Shown here: one piece after another, positions 46,496 to 59,521 of the stretch
How positions within the stretch are numbered: position 1 is the stretch's first letter
Layout: each line of letters starts with the position of its first letter
Origin: Euprymna scolopes
Taxonomy: Eukaryota
Assembly (NCBI GenBank): GCA_053919585.1
Contig: CM132797.1
Strand: one strand, 5' to 3'
DNA length: 64,000 bases
Notes under the pieces: model-generated
What the model saw: only the letters and a program-made list of their open reading frames with translations
What the model was told of the DNA's origin: nothing
The model's database searches: none
Translations under genes and position numbers: made by a program

Positions 46496-49399
46496 TAAAC
46501 ACACTGAGGGAGTTGGAGCTCTTAGCGCGAGTTGACAATCTAGCGAACTTCACTTAACAGACTTAACTCCCCTGCCAATGATCTAATTATCATGGAAGCC
46601 CCCCCCCCACTCCCACCCCTTGGAACCTTCTGATCCCCAAACAACTTAATTTTCCATAGATCATAAATAAAAATTTTTCCCTGATTAGTAACAAGACACA
46701 AGGATGATTTTAGAAAACTGCACTAAAATACTGCGATTATCAATATCAGGATTGACTACAGTGAGCACAAGGCTCACTGAATCTTGCCGTTGGAAATAAA
46801 CGCAGAAAAGAGAAGCACTCCCATCCTCAATGATTTCTAACTGCAAATTCTCATTATTGGAGTTAAAAGATTGCAATTCAAAGTTTCTTTCAGCTGGTCA
46901 CAAACAGAACAATAGACTTGAGTGACTCGAAATCACTACTGGTCTTGACTCGAAATTGTCTTGACTTGAAATTGTTGACGTAAAAAATCTTGGAAAGCAC
47001 AGTACCTGCTTTAATATAATTTAATATGTTTATCATGATATTTGAGTATGAAATTCAAGATTAATGAAATGGCATTAAAGATAATTATAACATGATTCAA
47101 GGGTCACAGGATTACCCATAAAAACAAGCACAAAGGGGAAGGTGCTTTTGCATCTGTTTCCCCAAATCAGAGGCCATCGACATTTTCTGATACTGAAAAG
47201 CATATGCCTATTAGTACTTTTGTTTTAACAATTTTTTGTATTAAATTGTTAGGTGAAAGTACAGACTATTAAAAACAGAAAACCCCTCTCCTCCACATGT
47301 TATGAATGGCTTTCTAAATACTAGAGTTAGCTGCACAAGTACTATTATTTTTTATTGTTTTAACATTTATTTTTTGTATTTTATTAAATTTTTAGAAAAA
47401 AGTTCATAATGATTAAACAAAAAGACACCCTCCATTCCCAATGTTAATTTTTTTTTTTTTGTATTTACATAAGACTCGTTTTAGTTTCATTGCCATTGTT
47501 TTCCTTCTAACATGTAACTGTCAAGCCAGCTGCTTGACAGTTTTTTGTGTTGGCCGTTGATTTTTAACTATTATCAAAAATTATTTAATTAAACAAGAGT
47601 GGGGAGGGGGGCTTTGACTGGTTGTAAAACACACTTAAATATAATATTTTGTTTCGTCCAGATTTCATATTCTAAAATTTCTAGTCGTGATTTCAAAAGT
47701 AAAACAAAAAGTATTTAGGTGCCATCAATTAGAATCAAAACCGAAAGCAAAACTGTAGCATTCAAAGCTGGTGACGTTACCACTACACAAAAGTGACACA
47801 CATATGAACTGGATAAAAATTAAAAATAAACTAAGATGAATAACGATTTTTTTTCAATTTTGACTCCTTTTTAAAAACTATTTTAACCAGCTAAAGACCC
47901 ATAAAAGAATGGTCCATAAAAAAAATCCAATCATTTGAGGCCCCTGGTGCTGCTCTGCAACTTTTATTTTCGAAAAAGATAAGAGTTTGAAAATATGGAG
48001 TTAGACATATATATTAGATTTTCAGCACTTTTGAATCTTGTGATAAGTGATTTGATTTATAAAATCTTAGGGATTTTTTTTTAAGTTTATAACAAAAAAA
48101 CAAAAGAATTCCAAATATCGCTCATTTGTTTACATTACATTTACATGCTGAACACGTGCTAATCATGTTGCATTATATTTCTGGTATTTTTACGAATTGG
48201 TGTACAAAATTGATTTCTTATCATTTATATTAAAACTGAAGCATTATAGTTACCCATTTGGTGGAAGACCAAAGCCGAACAACTTTCATCCATTGACTTG
48301 CTAATCTTCTCTCTGTTCATGTTTTACACAGTTTTGTTCAAAACGCTATGGGTATGAGTATTTTCTTTTGCTTGACGCATTTACGCGAATAAAGCTAGAT
48401 CCAATTTTTTAGCACCATTTAATAGGACATTGAATGAACTTTAATTTGATATCATATTTGCTATGGTTATTATGACTAGTGAAGCAAATTAAATGAAAAA
48501 TAAATTTTGGAAACAAATTACACACATTTCTTTTTGTATATTTGTGGCAATTTTTATACGAGAACAAAGATCATTCTTTGCTTAATTTGGTGCTTTTTTT
48601 TTTGCTTTTTTTTTTTGTGAGTGGCAGAAATGCGCATGAGTTTTAAATAAGGTGTATGCTTTTCTTGACAACGTTAAAAAGGATGTCATTGCCTTTTTTC
48701 TCATAACATTCTGAGTCATTAGGATCTGACCCATCACATTTGGTACATTAGGATAATTTCAAGATTTTAACTAACAAGATGTTTCATATTTTACTCTGTT
48801 CTTCTGGAATTTAATACCTTTACTAACTGTTTCTATTTGAAATTTTTTTTACTGTATGTACTTTTTTTTATTTTTTTCATTTTGAATTGCCATTTAAAAT
48901 TTTTTATCCTTTATGTATTTTCAACAAGATACAGTCCCAGTTAAGGTTTTCCAAACTTCATTATAGCTGTTCAATATTTGCTCCAAACTAGTATAATTAT
49001 TATCAATTTTATTAGTTTATTTACTATTTTTACACATCATTATAATGTGACTAATTAAAATATTTCCGGAAGATATATGTATGATAGTGAAAGAATGTAG
49101 ATTCATTTACATAAATAGATATGTGAGGGAATTGGTATAGAGAAAGTAAGAATAAGAGTTCGTTTAGAAGAGAGTAACATTACTTGCGGTTAGTATTTGA
49201 TGATAGGCTGACGGGTTAGTTAGGAGAGTTGGTTGGGTGGCCATGCCAACCAGAGCGCTTTGTTACATGTTGACTGGTTGCGAGTTCAGCGAAAAGAGAA
49301 AGAAGTCTATAAAACTGAAAATGACGTATGGTGGCCAGGCATGTGTCACAAGCTTTTTCTTAATACATCCCTTCTGTTCACTTTCAAGGTAATCGCCAA

Positions 49400-50225
49400 C
49401 AGCCAGATGGTTGTATGTTTAAAGTTCTGGATGCCTAGTTCTTCCCTTGTATCCTGTACAGTGCCAACAATATCCGCACGCTCTAAGGTGTTAATAGTTA
49501 TCTCGGTTTCTTCTTTCCACTTTTTTCCCCTCCTAACTTCATGTGGATCATCTTTAATCGCTAATAAGTTGTCGAAAAAATGAACACCATTACTGTCCTC
49601 ACTTTTGATGTCTTATACTCTTCAGCAATTGATGCAAAAGGTGAACTCGGCTGTCTGTCTCTTCCAAATGTTTCAGCCTGATCTCCTGACATCTTAATTC
49701 TTAGCTGCGTTGGGTTTTGGACAGAATAAGTTTTTAGCTTCTTCACCTTGTTATTCAGTTTTTTCTCTGTGATTTCACAGGACAAAAATGCAGATATCTG
49801 AGGAGTTTCCTTTTAGAGTTTTTCTATTTTTTGTTGGAGTTTTCCTTTCCAGACTGGTATATATGATTTGGTATTCATGTTTCCTCCTGTATTCGTGTTG
49901 GAGTTTTAACTGAATAAAACATGCTGCCTCATATGTTGCATCATTGATTTTTGAAACCAAAGTTTTGAAGGTTTTATTCATATTAATTTTTCCCAGTCTG
50001 GGTCGATTTCCAGCAGTCAGACCTCATGCCACTTCTATCCTGTTTGCTAGCTCTTTTTGAGAGATATTTATGTACTTGAGATACAATTGAGAGTAAGTTC
50101 TTATAGTTTTTGCTGTTTTTAATTTTAGTAAGGGTGAAGATTTTACTTGAGCCTCGAATATTTTCTTTTTCTTCCCATCAATAGTTTCTTTTCCTAGTAG
50201 TCTTTGTTTGATCTTGCCGGTTTTC
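49400..50225 (-). pseudogene. R4/Dong-like LINE N-terminal relic (paralogous to 53680-53965)
   Basis: 49800-50060 aligns with 53680-53962 (ELANRIEVA*...RPRLGKIN...), which is contiguous with R4-like RT remnants. Confidence 0.55.
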
Positions 50226-50229
50226 TTTG

Positions 50230-50727
50230 TGAGGCTTTGTGAGGAGGTCCTGACAACTCTGACGTAGGAATGCATTCCCAAGTCCTTAACAACCCTGCGA
50301 ATGGTCTCCTCACTTATGCTTTTGTATTTGGCAAGCTTCTGCATTGAGATTGTTGGGTCCTGTTTGATTGTGGCCTCCATGTCCTTGATGAAGGCCTATG
50401 TCCATTTTTTTGTTGGCTGAAGGGGGAGCCAGAGACCTCAATGTTGCCTGTGACCTTAAATTTGGTCCTGACATTGTAGATTGTTGCCAAGGACACTCCA
50501 ACAATTGCAGCAATGTCCTTGGGGCGAGTTTCCGTGCGAAGATCCAGCACTCTCTGCCTTTTTGCTATTTCTGATGAGATTTTTGGTCCGATTGAAACAA
50601 ACAGTGGCTCAAATGACAGCTGATGAATTTCTGTGTATCTTGGGGGGGGGGAATTAAGATCACATTAATCCATTGGCGGGAAATTTGAGGTCAAAGTCGA
50701 TTCTAAATTCCACTTATGCACACTGTA
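50230..50727 (-). mobile_element. Tc1/mariner 5' fragment (HTH region and TIR)
   Basis: DIAAIVGVSLATIYNVR...DPTISMQKLA...ISEETIRRVVKDLG; starts TACAGTGTGCATAAG on the minus strand. Confidence 0.75.
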
Positions 50728-50800
50728 AATAGATTTTCCAACGGTAATTTGAAAACTCTCATATCGGATGGATAAAGTTTTGTGGCATTTTTAATTTGTG

Positions 50801-51345
50801 CAGGGTGTCCAAAAAGTCACTGAAAGATTTCAAACTTAAATAGATTCTTTTTGATATCTTTCTGTAATTTTAATCCGATTAAGGCTTGGGAAATAAAAAA
50901 TTTAAAAAATGCAAAATTCAAACAATTTTTATTTATGAAAAATAATGTCTTTTAAATGTTGCCCATTTTCAACTTCACATATTATCTCCCCAGACTTAAC
51001 TAGCCCCGACTTTTTCTTGTGGGGATATCTTAAAGAAAGAATCTATGTTAACAAACCCCAACCCCTGCAAGAATTGAAGGAGAACATTAGGAACAAAATA
51101 AAGGAGTTAAATTAAGGGACCCTGCAATCTGTCATGAATAATTTTTGGAAAGAGCACAAATATGCAAAGTTGAAAATGGGCAACATTTACAAGACATTAT
51201 TTTTATCGATAAATATTGTTTGAATTTTGCGTTTTTTCAAAAATTTCCCAATGTCTTCGATTGTGTTAATATTACAGAAAGATATCATTTAAAAATAAGA
51301 ATCTATTTAAGTTCAAAACCCTTCAGTGACTTTTTAGACACTCTA
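50801..51345 (+). mobile_element. Non-autonomous Tc1/mariner (maT/rosa-like) with ~170-bp TIRs and a residual transposase C-terminus
   Basis: Ends CAGGGTGTCCAAAAAGTCACTGAA and TTCAGTGACTTTTTAGACACTCTA; internal SPDLTSPDFFLWGYLKERIY. Confidence 0.82.
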
Positions 51346-51524
51346 TACCATTGAAAGGGTGTGGTTCTGGGAGCTTCGCAGATATTGGCCTGCGTTCACT
51401 ATAGTTGCTCTATGTTGGTAGTTGATCACTGAGAGTCCCAGTCCACCTTCTCCTCTGGCCAAGTACAATCTTGATAGACACTGGTTTCTGTTGTAGGGGA
51501 TGGATGTACGCGTTTCATTTCACG

Positions 51525-52240
51525 GTCGGGTGTCACCAATTGTAGGGGTTCAGAAATTTAAGTAAAATTAAATTTCTTTGCCCCCCCCCCAAAAAAAAAG
51601 GGAATGAAACAAAACGACTCCTACTGATTTAAATGCACCACATTTATTTTTTTAACAAAATCAATAAAGTCCAATCGGTGAAAGTTCTTTCAAAGTCATT
51701 ATGATTAAAATGTTAGGTGAAAGTCCTTTGTGGAATTAATGAGTTTTGAAGGTTAAAGTCCTGTGTGAAATTAATGAGATTAATTTACATTATTGTAAAT
51801 AAATGAACAGAACAGACAGGATTGTTTTCTTTGTGAACGGTGACTGAGGTAATTAAATGATTTTTATGTAAAGAAGAAAACGGTTCTTTTTTAGGAAGAA
51901 TTAAACTATATAAAAGTCCCTCGCTTATTTAGCAGAGAGATAGAAAAGGGTAAAAAATCCATTAGGGTAACAAGGTTCATCTCCATGTTGAGGAATTAAT
52001 TATCGAGCGTGCACGCGTGTTTAATGCCCACATGGGCGGGTCGATGTTGAAGTCTACGCCATGCTGCTCAAAGGTCGACTGACTCGTTTGGACGCAAAAT
52101 GCCCTTTTTATAGATCCAAACCGGCTCCAAAACACGATAGCTTCTGCTGATATTTTGGCTTTTGGAAAATCGCTAAAAAGATAATCTTTTTAATTTTCTT
52201 ATTGGTTGGTTATGTCACGTGATGGTGCTTTCAACTACGT
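51525..52240 (-). repeat. Gypsy-type 5' LTR with tRNA-Trp-like primer-binding site
   Basis: Minus strand reads ...CCCCTACA-AT-TGGTGACACCCGAC (PBS at 51525-51538, compare TGGTGACCCCGAC). 51840-52135 aligns with 21850-22125. Confidence 0.65.
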
Positions 52241-52439
52241 TTGCCAAAAATGTTGTTTTTACTTTTGTTGTTTTGAGAAAAGTGTGTGAGCATATTTAAA
52301 ATTGTACCATTGCTGACCAGACATATTTTTTTGCAAAATGTGTGTGTGGGGGGGGGGGGCTGTATTGAATAAAGGTTTGTTTATTTGCGTGTGTGTGTGT
52401 GAGTGACTGCACGCTGTATATTATTTTACAAAGTGTTAG

Positions 52440-53965
52440 CATCTTTCGTGTCTTTACATCTGTTCATGTGTTGAATTGAGGATGCCAAAGCTGTATGTTA
52501 TTACTGGCAAGTTGGTTGATGGCAGGTATTTTATTTTTATTTGTGAGCTGTGTTTTGCAGATCTTCCTTACATGATGTACACGCTCTTTGCCAATCTTTT
52601 CCACCATATTGACATGTATGTTGGTGTTTGCGTCACTGCCAAGGTATTTGTAGAGTTCGTCCTCTTCTACATCTCTGATGTTGGTGTCTTCGTCTAACTG
52701 CATATTTTCTTCCCAGCTCTGAGGATACACTTGACACACTTGGGCTAAACTTTATTCTGATGTCCTTGTGTGTATTATCTGTAGAAGCTAGTGCAGTTCA
52801 ATGGTTTACTCTTTTATTTTGCTTCTTCTGCTCATGCTAAGATTGTTTACTTAGTGGATCCATTGTGAGGCTGAAAAGAAGCCGTGAAAGGCTGCCTCCC
52901 TGGAATATTGTTTGCTGAATCTTAATGTTATCATTCCTTCTGTATGCTATAACGTAATTGATGTGCACCATTTGCTTCCGAACGAATGATGTAATATGTG
53001 CACACATTATACAGCTCCAAAATTACTTTACTGAGCTACTTTCCAGCAGATAGCTTCTTTGGTAATTTTTACAGCTGGTATCTTTCCTTTCTCCTTGTTC
53101 TCCTCTTTGATGGTGTTTATCCAATCTTTTTCTTCATATTCATAGTGTGGCCTTCAGAAGTTTTCAACTTGAGTTGGTGAAAAACTCACCTTTATTTCTT
53201 CTTTAATGTGGCTCCTATAAACCATTCTTAAGTTTGAAGCAGAAAGGATAAACTCTTTGCTTCAATGTTTTTGTTTTTGTTTTGGATTTGTGCAGCTAAG
53301 TAATTTGTATGCACTGCTCACAGTGCACAGCAGCTGACAGCTCCACAATCAGATCCAGTGCCATGATAATAAGGAGGAACAACTTCGCAGTTTCTGCCCC
53401 TACTCCTCTACTGCATTTTTGAAGTGTGCCCCCACCCCAACAATTTGGTACTGGTGTCAGTTACTTTCCTGATCAACATTTATTTCTTTTTAACCAGATC
53501 CAGTACACTGCCCTCTCTGCGGCCTCGTGCATGTCTGTCACAAAGTTTTTCACTTTGTGCAACAAAAACGTTCTCGCAGTATGTTGATTAGCTTTCTATC
53601 AACATATCCCAGAGTTCCGACAGTGAAATCATAAAATTCCCCATTCCATCCATTTTCCTAGTACTCAATCAGTAAATCCGAGGAGTTTACTTTCAGAGTT
53701 TTTCTATTTTTTGTTGGAGTTTTCATTTCCAGACTGGCATATATGATTTGGTATTCATGTTTCCTCCTCTATTCACTTTGTGTTGGAGTTTTAATTGAAC
53801 GTGCTGCCTTATATGTTGCATGGTTTGGAGTGATTCTTGTGAGAGCATCATTCATTTTTTTTAAAACAAAAGTTTTGAAGGTTTTATTCAAATTAATTTT
53901 TCCCAGTCTGGGTCGATTTCCAGCAGCCAGACCTCATGCCACTTCTATCCTGTTTGCTAGCTCTT
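52440..53965 (-). pseudogene. R4/Dong-like non-LTR retrotransposon RT relic
   Basis: IFQGGSLSRLLFSLTMDPLS; LYKYLG; NKIPAINQLA. A related piece, RLYLARGEGGLGL, lies at ~51430-51475. Confidence 0.7.
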
Positions 53966-53969
53966 CTAC

Positions 53970-55520
53970 CTCAATTATATGCATATATGCAGAGCTCCAT
54001 TTTTCTGCTAGAACTTTGTCCTCTGGGGCCTGCCAGGTGAGAATGTGTGCATGCAGCAGTCCTATCTTTTGATATTCAATGCTGTACAGGAAAGCCCTCA
54101 ACCTGCCAAATCTCCTTTTCTTGATAAATCCAAGTAACGTTTTAGCTTCTGTCTGAAGACTCTGGCAACAATATCTGGACGATCCTAAGGTTCTTGTCCT
54201 TGAAGACAATTTTCTGTAATTTCCGTCCACTTTGGATTTGTCTTGAATGTGATGAAGAGATTGGCTCGGCCCATTCGCTGAACATACGCCATGGCATCAC
54301 TTTGGCGCTCAAACATGTATCGAGGGCCTCCTGTGTAAGTACATTAAAGTATCGTAGAGGGGATGTAGTTCGGGGATCCGTTTTAATGTATCAGTTTTAA
54401 ATGCAAGATAATATCGGTTTGCTGTCGATTCGTTCTCCATTAATATTCCAATCTCATACATTGTTGTTAGAGCATTGAATCACCGTGGGTGCTCTTCTTG
54501 CACCTTTCGATCTTCCCTTATGACAATTTTGTGCTCCACCAAGTCTTCTTCTTCAACCCTCTCCTTTGTTTTCAGCTGACAAATTCAGTCAACCTTTGGA
54601 GAATGTCTTGATTGAGTCTACTATCACGTCCCTGACTATGCAGTTTCTCTTCCAGACTTGAATAAACTTTGCTGTTGCATCTTCAGGTGGCAAAAGACTC
54701 CCAGTTTTGTGACAAACTTGGCCTCGAATTCTAAAAGAAGATTCCACCCATGTATCGCTGCAATTTTGTGACCAAATGATGTCATTGCAAAACAATTGTT
54801 ATAACTGCGTAGATTTTGCAGAAACTCTTTAAGAAATGGGACCGTTACTGGAGGGCAAATCTTGCAGCAACTGAGGCAGTCGTGGAAAGCTGTCAAGCAC
54901 AACCTTGCCAGAACAACAACAACCAGGGATTTCTCCTTTAAATTTCACAGCTGAACAATGTTGACATACTTTGTCCATTTTTCCTATATCGGCTGTAGTG
55001 AGTCATTTTTGTTGTAGAGCAATCCTTTTCTATTGCAGTGTTCTATTTCATGTTGTCTCAAAGCAATCATTCGTTGTCTAGCTGCCTCTTTTTCTGTCAT
55101 TTGCTGGGGCAAAGTCCTACTCTCTCTCCTTGCAGCCCCTCGCTCTTGTCCTTGGTATAGGCGAAAGCTTCGTTGGGTTTCTGATTCATTCTGTCGTCGT
55201 TGAGCCTCTTTCAAATGACCTTGTGTACGTCTACTTTAATTTAATCGTCGTATTGCTTCTCTTTCCTGAGCATTATTTTTCCTTTCTTGAATTTCTTCTT
55301 GTGATAAATTTAATTGCCTTGCAGCATGTCTATTTCTGTCAGCCTCACGTTGGGTTGCTCTTTCCAAATCGGACAGTCTTGCTCTCCTTTCTCTTTGATG
55401 TATTCTGTTGAGTTAGTCTTTCTCTACGTGAAGTGGTTTCATTGGATCGAATTGCAGCAACTCTTAATCTTTCCACTCTTTCTTCCTCAGTTTCGTTTCT
55501 ACTTCATTTGGTTGGCATCA
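53970..55520 (-). pseudogene. Helitron RepHel N-terminal half, degraded
   Basis: Charged N-terminal repeats; CQHCSAVKFKGE..GCCCSGKV zinc finger; FLQNLRSYNNCFAMTSFG...RIRGQVCHKTGSLLP; HUH motif IEYQKIGLLHAHIL. Confidence 0.85.
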
Positions 55521-56743
55521 TTCCGGTTTTAAATGCAACTGTTGAAAGATATTAATGACTGTAAATTTATTAAATATAAACGAAGTATATACTAACTATA
55601 CATAATATTTCTAAATAGTACAATTACAACAACGCCACAACCCCCCCCTGCTGCGGCCGACATACCTACGCCCCAATGTAAACAAGATGTTGGGGGTGTG
55701 GGTGCTCATTTTAGGTTAAATTATTATAGAAAAGTGATCCCCCACTTTATTGAAACTAATATTTCCTCAAAAAGTCCCAGGGTCTAGGAGTTCATACCAT
55801 GCAAACAGTAAATTTGCGACGGGTTTGATTATCAGATTTGATGTCAGAAAAAAAAAATCTGTTTGTGTCAAAAAACGAAAATAAATGTTTTTTTTTAATC
55901 ATAAAAATAATTATTTGTTTAATCATGAGAAGTGTGTGATATATCTAAATTGATGAAATTAAGAAAGTGAAAGGAGGGGTGGGGTCATTTTTTGGCTAGT
56001 TTGGCTCTTTTTGGTGTTTTTTCCTAAATGCACGTGTGGCCATCTTGCTTGCCAAACTGTAGTGATTACGTTGGATACTGAATATCTTCAAATATGAATA
56101 ACTACTCGTTTGCGATATTTGTTCTCAGCGTACCCAAAAACCTATAAAAGTCAACAATTCAAAGGTGAATGCCGAGGGGTCGGTAAACTAAAAAAAAAAT
56201 ACCGATTTATGGTAATAATTACACCATAGCAATGTATGTGATATTATATATGGTAAAAAAAAATTATATTTTATATAAAATAAATTATAAAGAAAATCTG
56301 TTTCGCAGTCAATTAAACACACTTGCTATGGTATAATTATTATGATAAATCCTGGACTAAATTTTATAAGCAAAACCCCCAAAAAATGGAGCAGATAATG
56401 TATGGGATGATGGATTTTGCTCACATGGAAAATTGGCTCTGTGTCTGACTAACTCTGCCCTCGTGGGGATGCAAGTAAATAAGGACATTAGTTTTAATCA
56501 TTTTTCTCTAACCCTATACCCCACCCTTCCCTCAAGCATCGGCGTTGAAAATAAGGAAAAATGATCTATTCTGGAACAGAAGTTTAAAAAAAAAAACAAC
56601 TTATGAATTATATCGTCGTACTTATAGTTTACATGACCAAAGAAAACTACTAAATACAGTGAAAGAAATGGATAACCCAACAATAAATAAAAAAGGTTAC
56701 TTAAAAATAAAGAATAAGCGAAAAAAAAAAATTACCTCCTAAT

Positions 56744-57360
56744 TGTGACATTCGCTGTTGGGTATGTTGCAAGGCTATATAATGCATGTTCACGACTTAA
56801 CAATAAAGACAACCATGATTATTACACCGATATATAAAATACATTATTTATTTAGAACAAAACAAAGTAAAGTTTATACATCTGTGTAGTAATTGGGTAG
56901 TCATGTAAGGACGTGTGTTTGTGGCTTGTACGCGTTGACCTCTGTGGAAGATGCATAAGTAGAGGTTACAGTTCATATTTTACCCAGTGATATGTTGCTT
57001 AAATATGACAGTCTTGAATTGTTCATATTGTGTGCTCTATGTGTGTGCATCTCACAAGTAACAATATTTAAGAGAAAAATATACAAGCCTACCTCATGTT
57101 ATTGCTGTTGCTCTCCTAGTGCACACTTATGAAGCGCGTGGTTTACACGTGTGCATGGCTTGATGTCCAGCGAAAAAGAGAGAGAAAAAGGGACGTAAAC
57201 GGAAGGTTATGTCAAAGGTCACCGGAAATATATGTGTGTCAAAGTTATGTTATGTTTGCGCGTGCTCTGCTCTATGCATGTGTGCTACTGCACACAGTTT
57301 GTTCTGTGTCTGTGTGTTTGATCCAGACAAAGCAAATTTGGCAGGTCTAAACGGCTCACT
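56744..57360. repeat. Dispersed LTR-like repeat, copy 2
   Basis: Starts TGTGACAT; same orientation as 1694-2174. Confidence 0.65.
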
Positions 57361-57912
57361 ATAGGTATGTATATAATTAATACATACGAGTCTCTGGAAA
57401 GGACCGATCAATGAATGCGCTAAGCTATGGTTCTCCCTTCGCTGTCAAGGTCAACAACAATAGAGATTCGAATATATTTATTTTTGTTGTCTTGTCTCGA
57501 CTAGAATCCAAAGCGCGCTGAGGTTATGCGGAATTATAAATTCCGTTGTGTGATATTTTATATACGGCAAACAACAAAAAGAAAACCAAACAGCGGATTA
57601 TATTTTAATTCCAAACCACGGGTGCATCACGCACAATTTTTTTATTATCCAATATAAAAAAAATAGGGAGATTTCTCTTGTTTGTTTTTTTTTTTTTGTT
57701 TTTTTTTATAAAATGAAAAGTCACATTGCACGTTCCTATATGTGTCAGTTCAATATATTTATATGCTGAAATAATAAAACAATTATTCATACATTAAGTT
57801 TGAATTTGATTTTTTTGTTGTTTTTATCACTTCTTCAAAACATTCGATCCTTTTTTCTTGTATTTGTGTCCATAATGAATCTGCATTTCATGGTAGAGAA
57901 AAGAGGAAATAT

Positions 57913-58790
57913 TGTTGCGGGGGCCGGTCGTCCGGAGACAATCGACCCAACAACTAAAACAGCATGCAAGGCAAAGAAGAATGACAGACACAGGTTGTTT
58001 GGTTTAAAGACGAGGGTTTACCTTTTATTTTGAATAGAAACAAAAATCGTTCAATCCGGGTGCTGGTCGCCTGGAAGGTCGCACGTCACTGGAGGCAAGG
58101 TCTGGAGGTCCGGACTGGTATTCTGTACGTAGTGTGGTTCAAAGGGTGCTCGCTGGGTATGGAATGGTCAGCTGGGCGTCAGGGCGATCCGGAACGCAGG
58201 GTGAACACTGAGAGCTCGGGGGTCAGTGTTGAGGAACAGACAACACCGAGAACGGAGGGATCAGTGTTCGGAACGGACGACAGGTAGGGAGCCAGGTAGC
58301 GGACCAGAGGTGCAAGCGAGGTAGCGGACCAGAGGCGCGAGGTAGCGGACCAGAGGTGAAAGGTAGCAGTGCAGGAAGCTGAGGCTGCAGGCAGGAGATG
58401 CGGGTGCAGTGCAGGAAGCTGAGGCTGCAGGCAGGAGATGCAGGTGCAGTGCAGGAAGCTGAGGCTGCATGCAGGAGATGCAGGTGCAGTGCAGGAAGCT
58501 GAGGCTGCAGGCAGGAGGTGCTAACAGAGTAAACAAAGTGGTAGGTCTTTCGTAGGAACCTAGCCCTGAAAAGGGCTCTTTGAATTACTGCTGTCGCTGC
58601 TTCGGCACTGGTTCTGGTGTGTTTCCTGACCGCTGCTGCTACCGCATGAGATCCTTCGGCTAGTGAGTGGATCTCCAATTCAGGGGACTCGTAGCCCCCT
58701 AGCCGGCTTGATTTATTTAGTGTTCTGCCCCGGACCTGGCATTATCTACTGCCAGGCCTTCATTTGGGGTCCAGAGACACTTATGCATGA
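57913..58790. repeat. GC-rich LTR-like repeat with internal tandem arrays
   Basis: Starts TGTTGCGG. Contains AGGTAGCGGACCAGAGG x3 (58294-58360) and a 40-bp unit x~3.9 (58366-58521). Confidence 0.55.
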
Positions 58791-59521
58791 AGCCCGTAGG
58801 GGGAAGTAGGGATCGAGGGTCATTCTAAACTAAAAGCTTTGAAGACTTTATTAAAATCCCTATTTTTTATAATATCATTCTTAGCATGGAGTTTATCTAC
58901 TTAAAAATCTCCCCAGCGTATGAGTTGGCATTTTAACTGAAAGAAATAAATGTTTTTATTCAACAAAACAAAATAAGGATTTTTTTTTTAAAAAAAACTA
59001 AAATACTAAAATGAGGGATGAGATGATGGGGAGGGGGGCAAACTAAGATACACCCAAAAAGAAAGAAAAAGAAAACAAATTAACAAAATGCCTATGGGGG
59101 CGGGTTAGTAAGGGATCCCCCCAACCTATTTCTAAATATGGAGCGCCTACTGTCTTCCGGTCCCGAAGGTCGAAAGCAAGCCGGTCATTCCCTAGTGGGG
59201 AGTGGGGGACCTAGGGATGATGTTTGTAAAATAAATTAGATAGGGATGGGTAACATAGGGACTGGGCGGCGTCTTCCAAGATAAATGTACGTATAGGGGC
59301 AACAGACCGGGGACAAAACAAAGGGTGGACTGGGCATCTTTGGAAGCTCTCCTATTGCCGATAAAAATAATATCAGGGACGGGATCGACTTTCATACTTG
59401 CCCTAGTCTAGCATCTAATAAAGAATTTTTCACTCGTAGTGATTAGGACCTAACTATCCTACTTTATGACTTTGTTTGGGGTTGGGTTCCGTAGAACCTT
59501 AGCACCGCCTGACAGATACTA

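Noticed and set aside
45420-49200. Possible host exons or a further TE relic
   Set aside because: Trial translations were full of stops and showed no recognisable domain; left unannotated.
58223-58678. 151-aa ORF
   Set aside because: Translation of tandem repeats in an LTR-like sequence.
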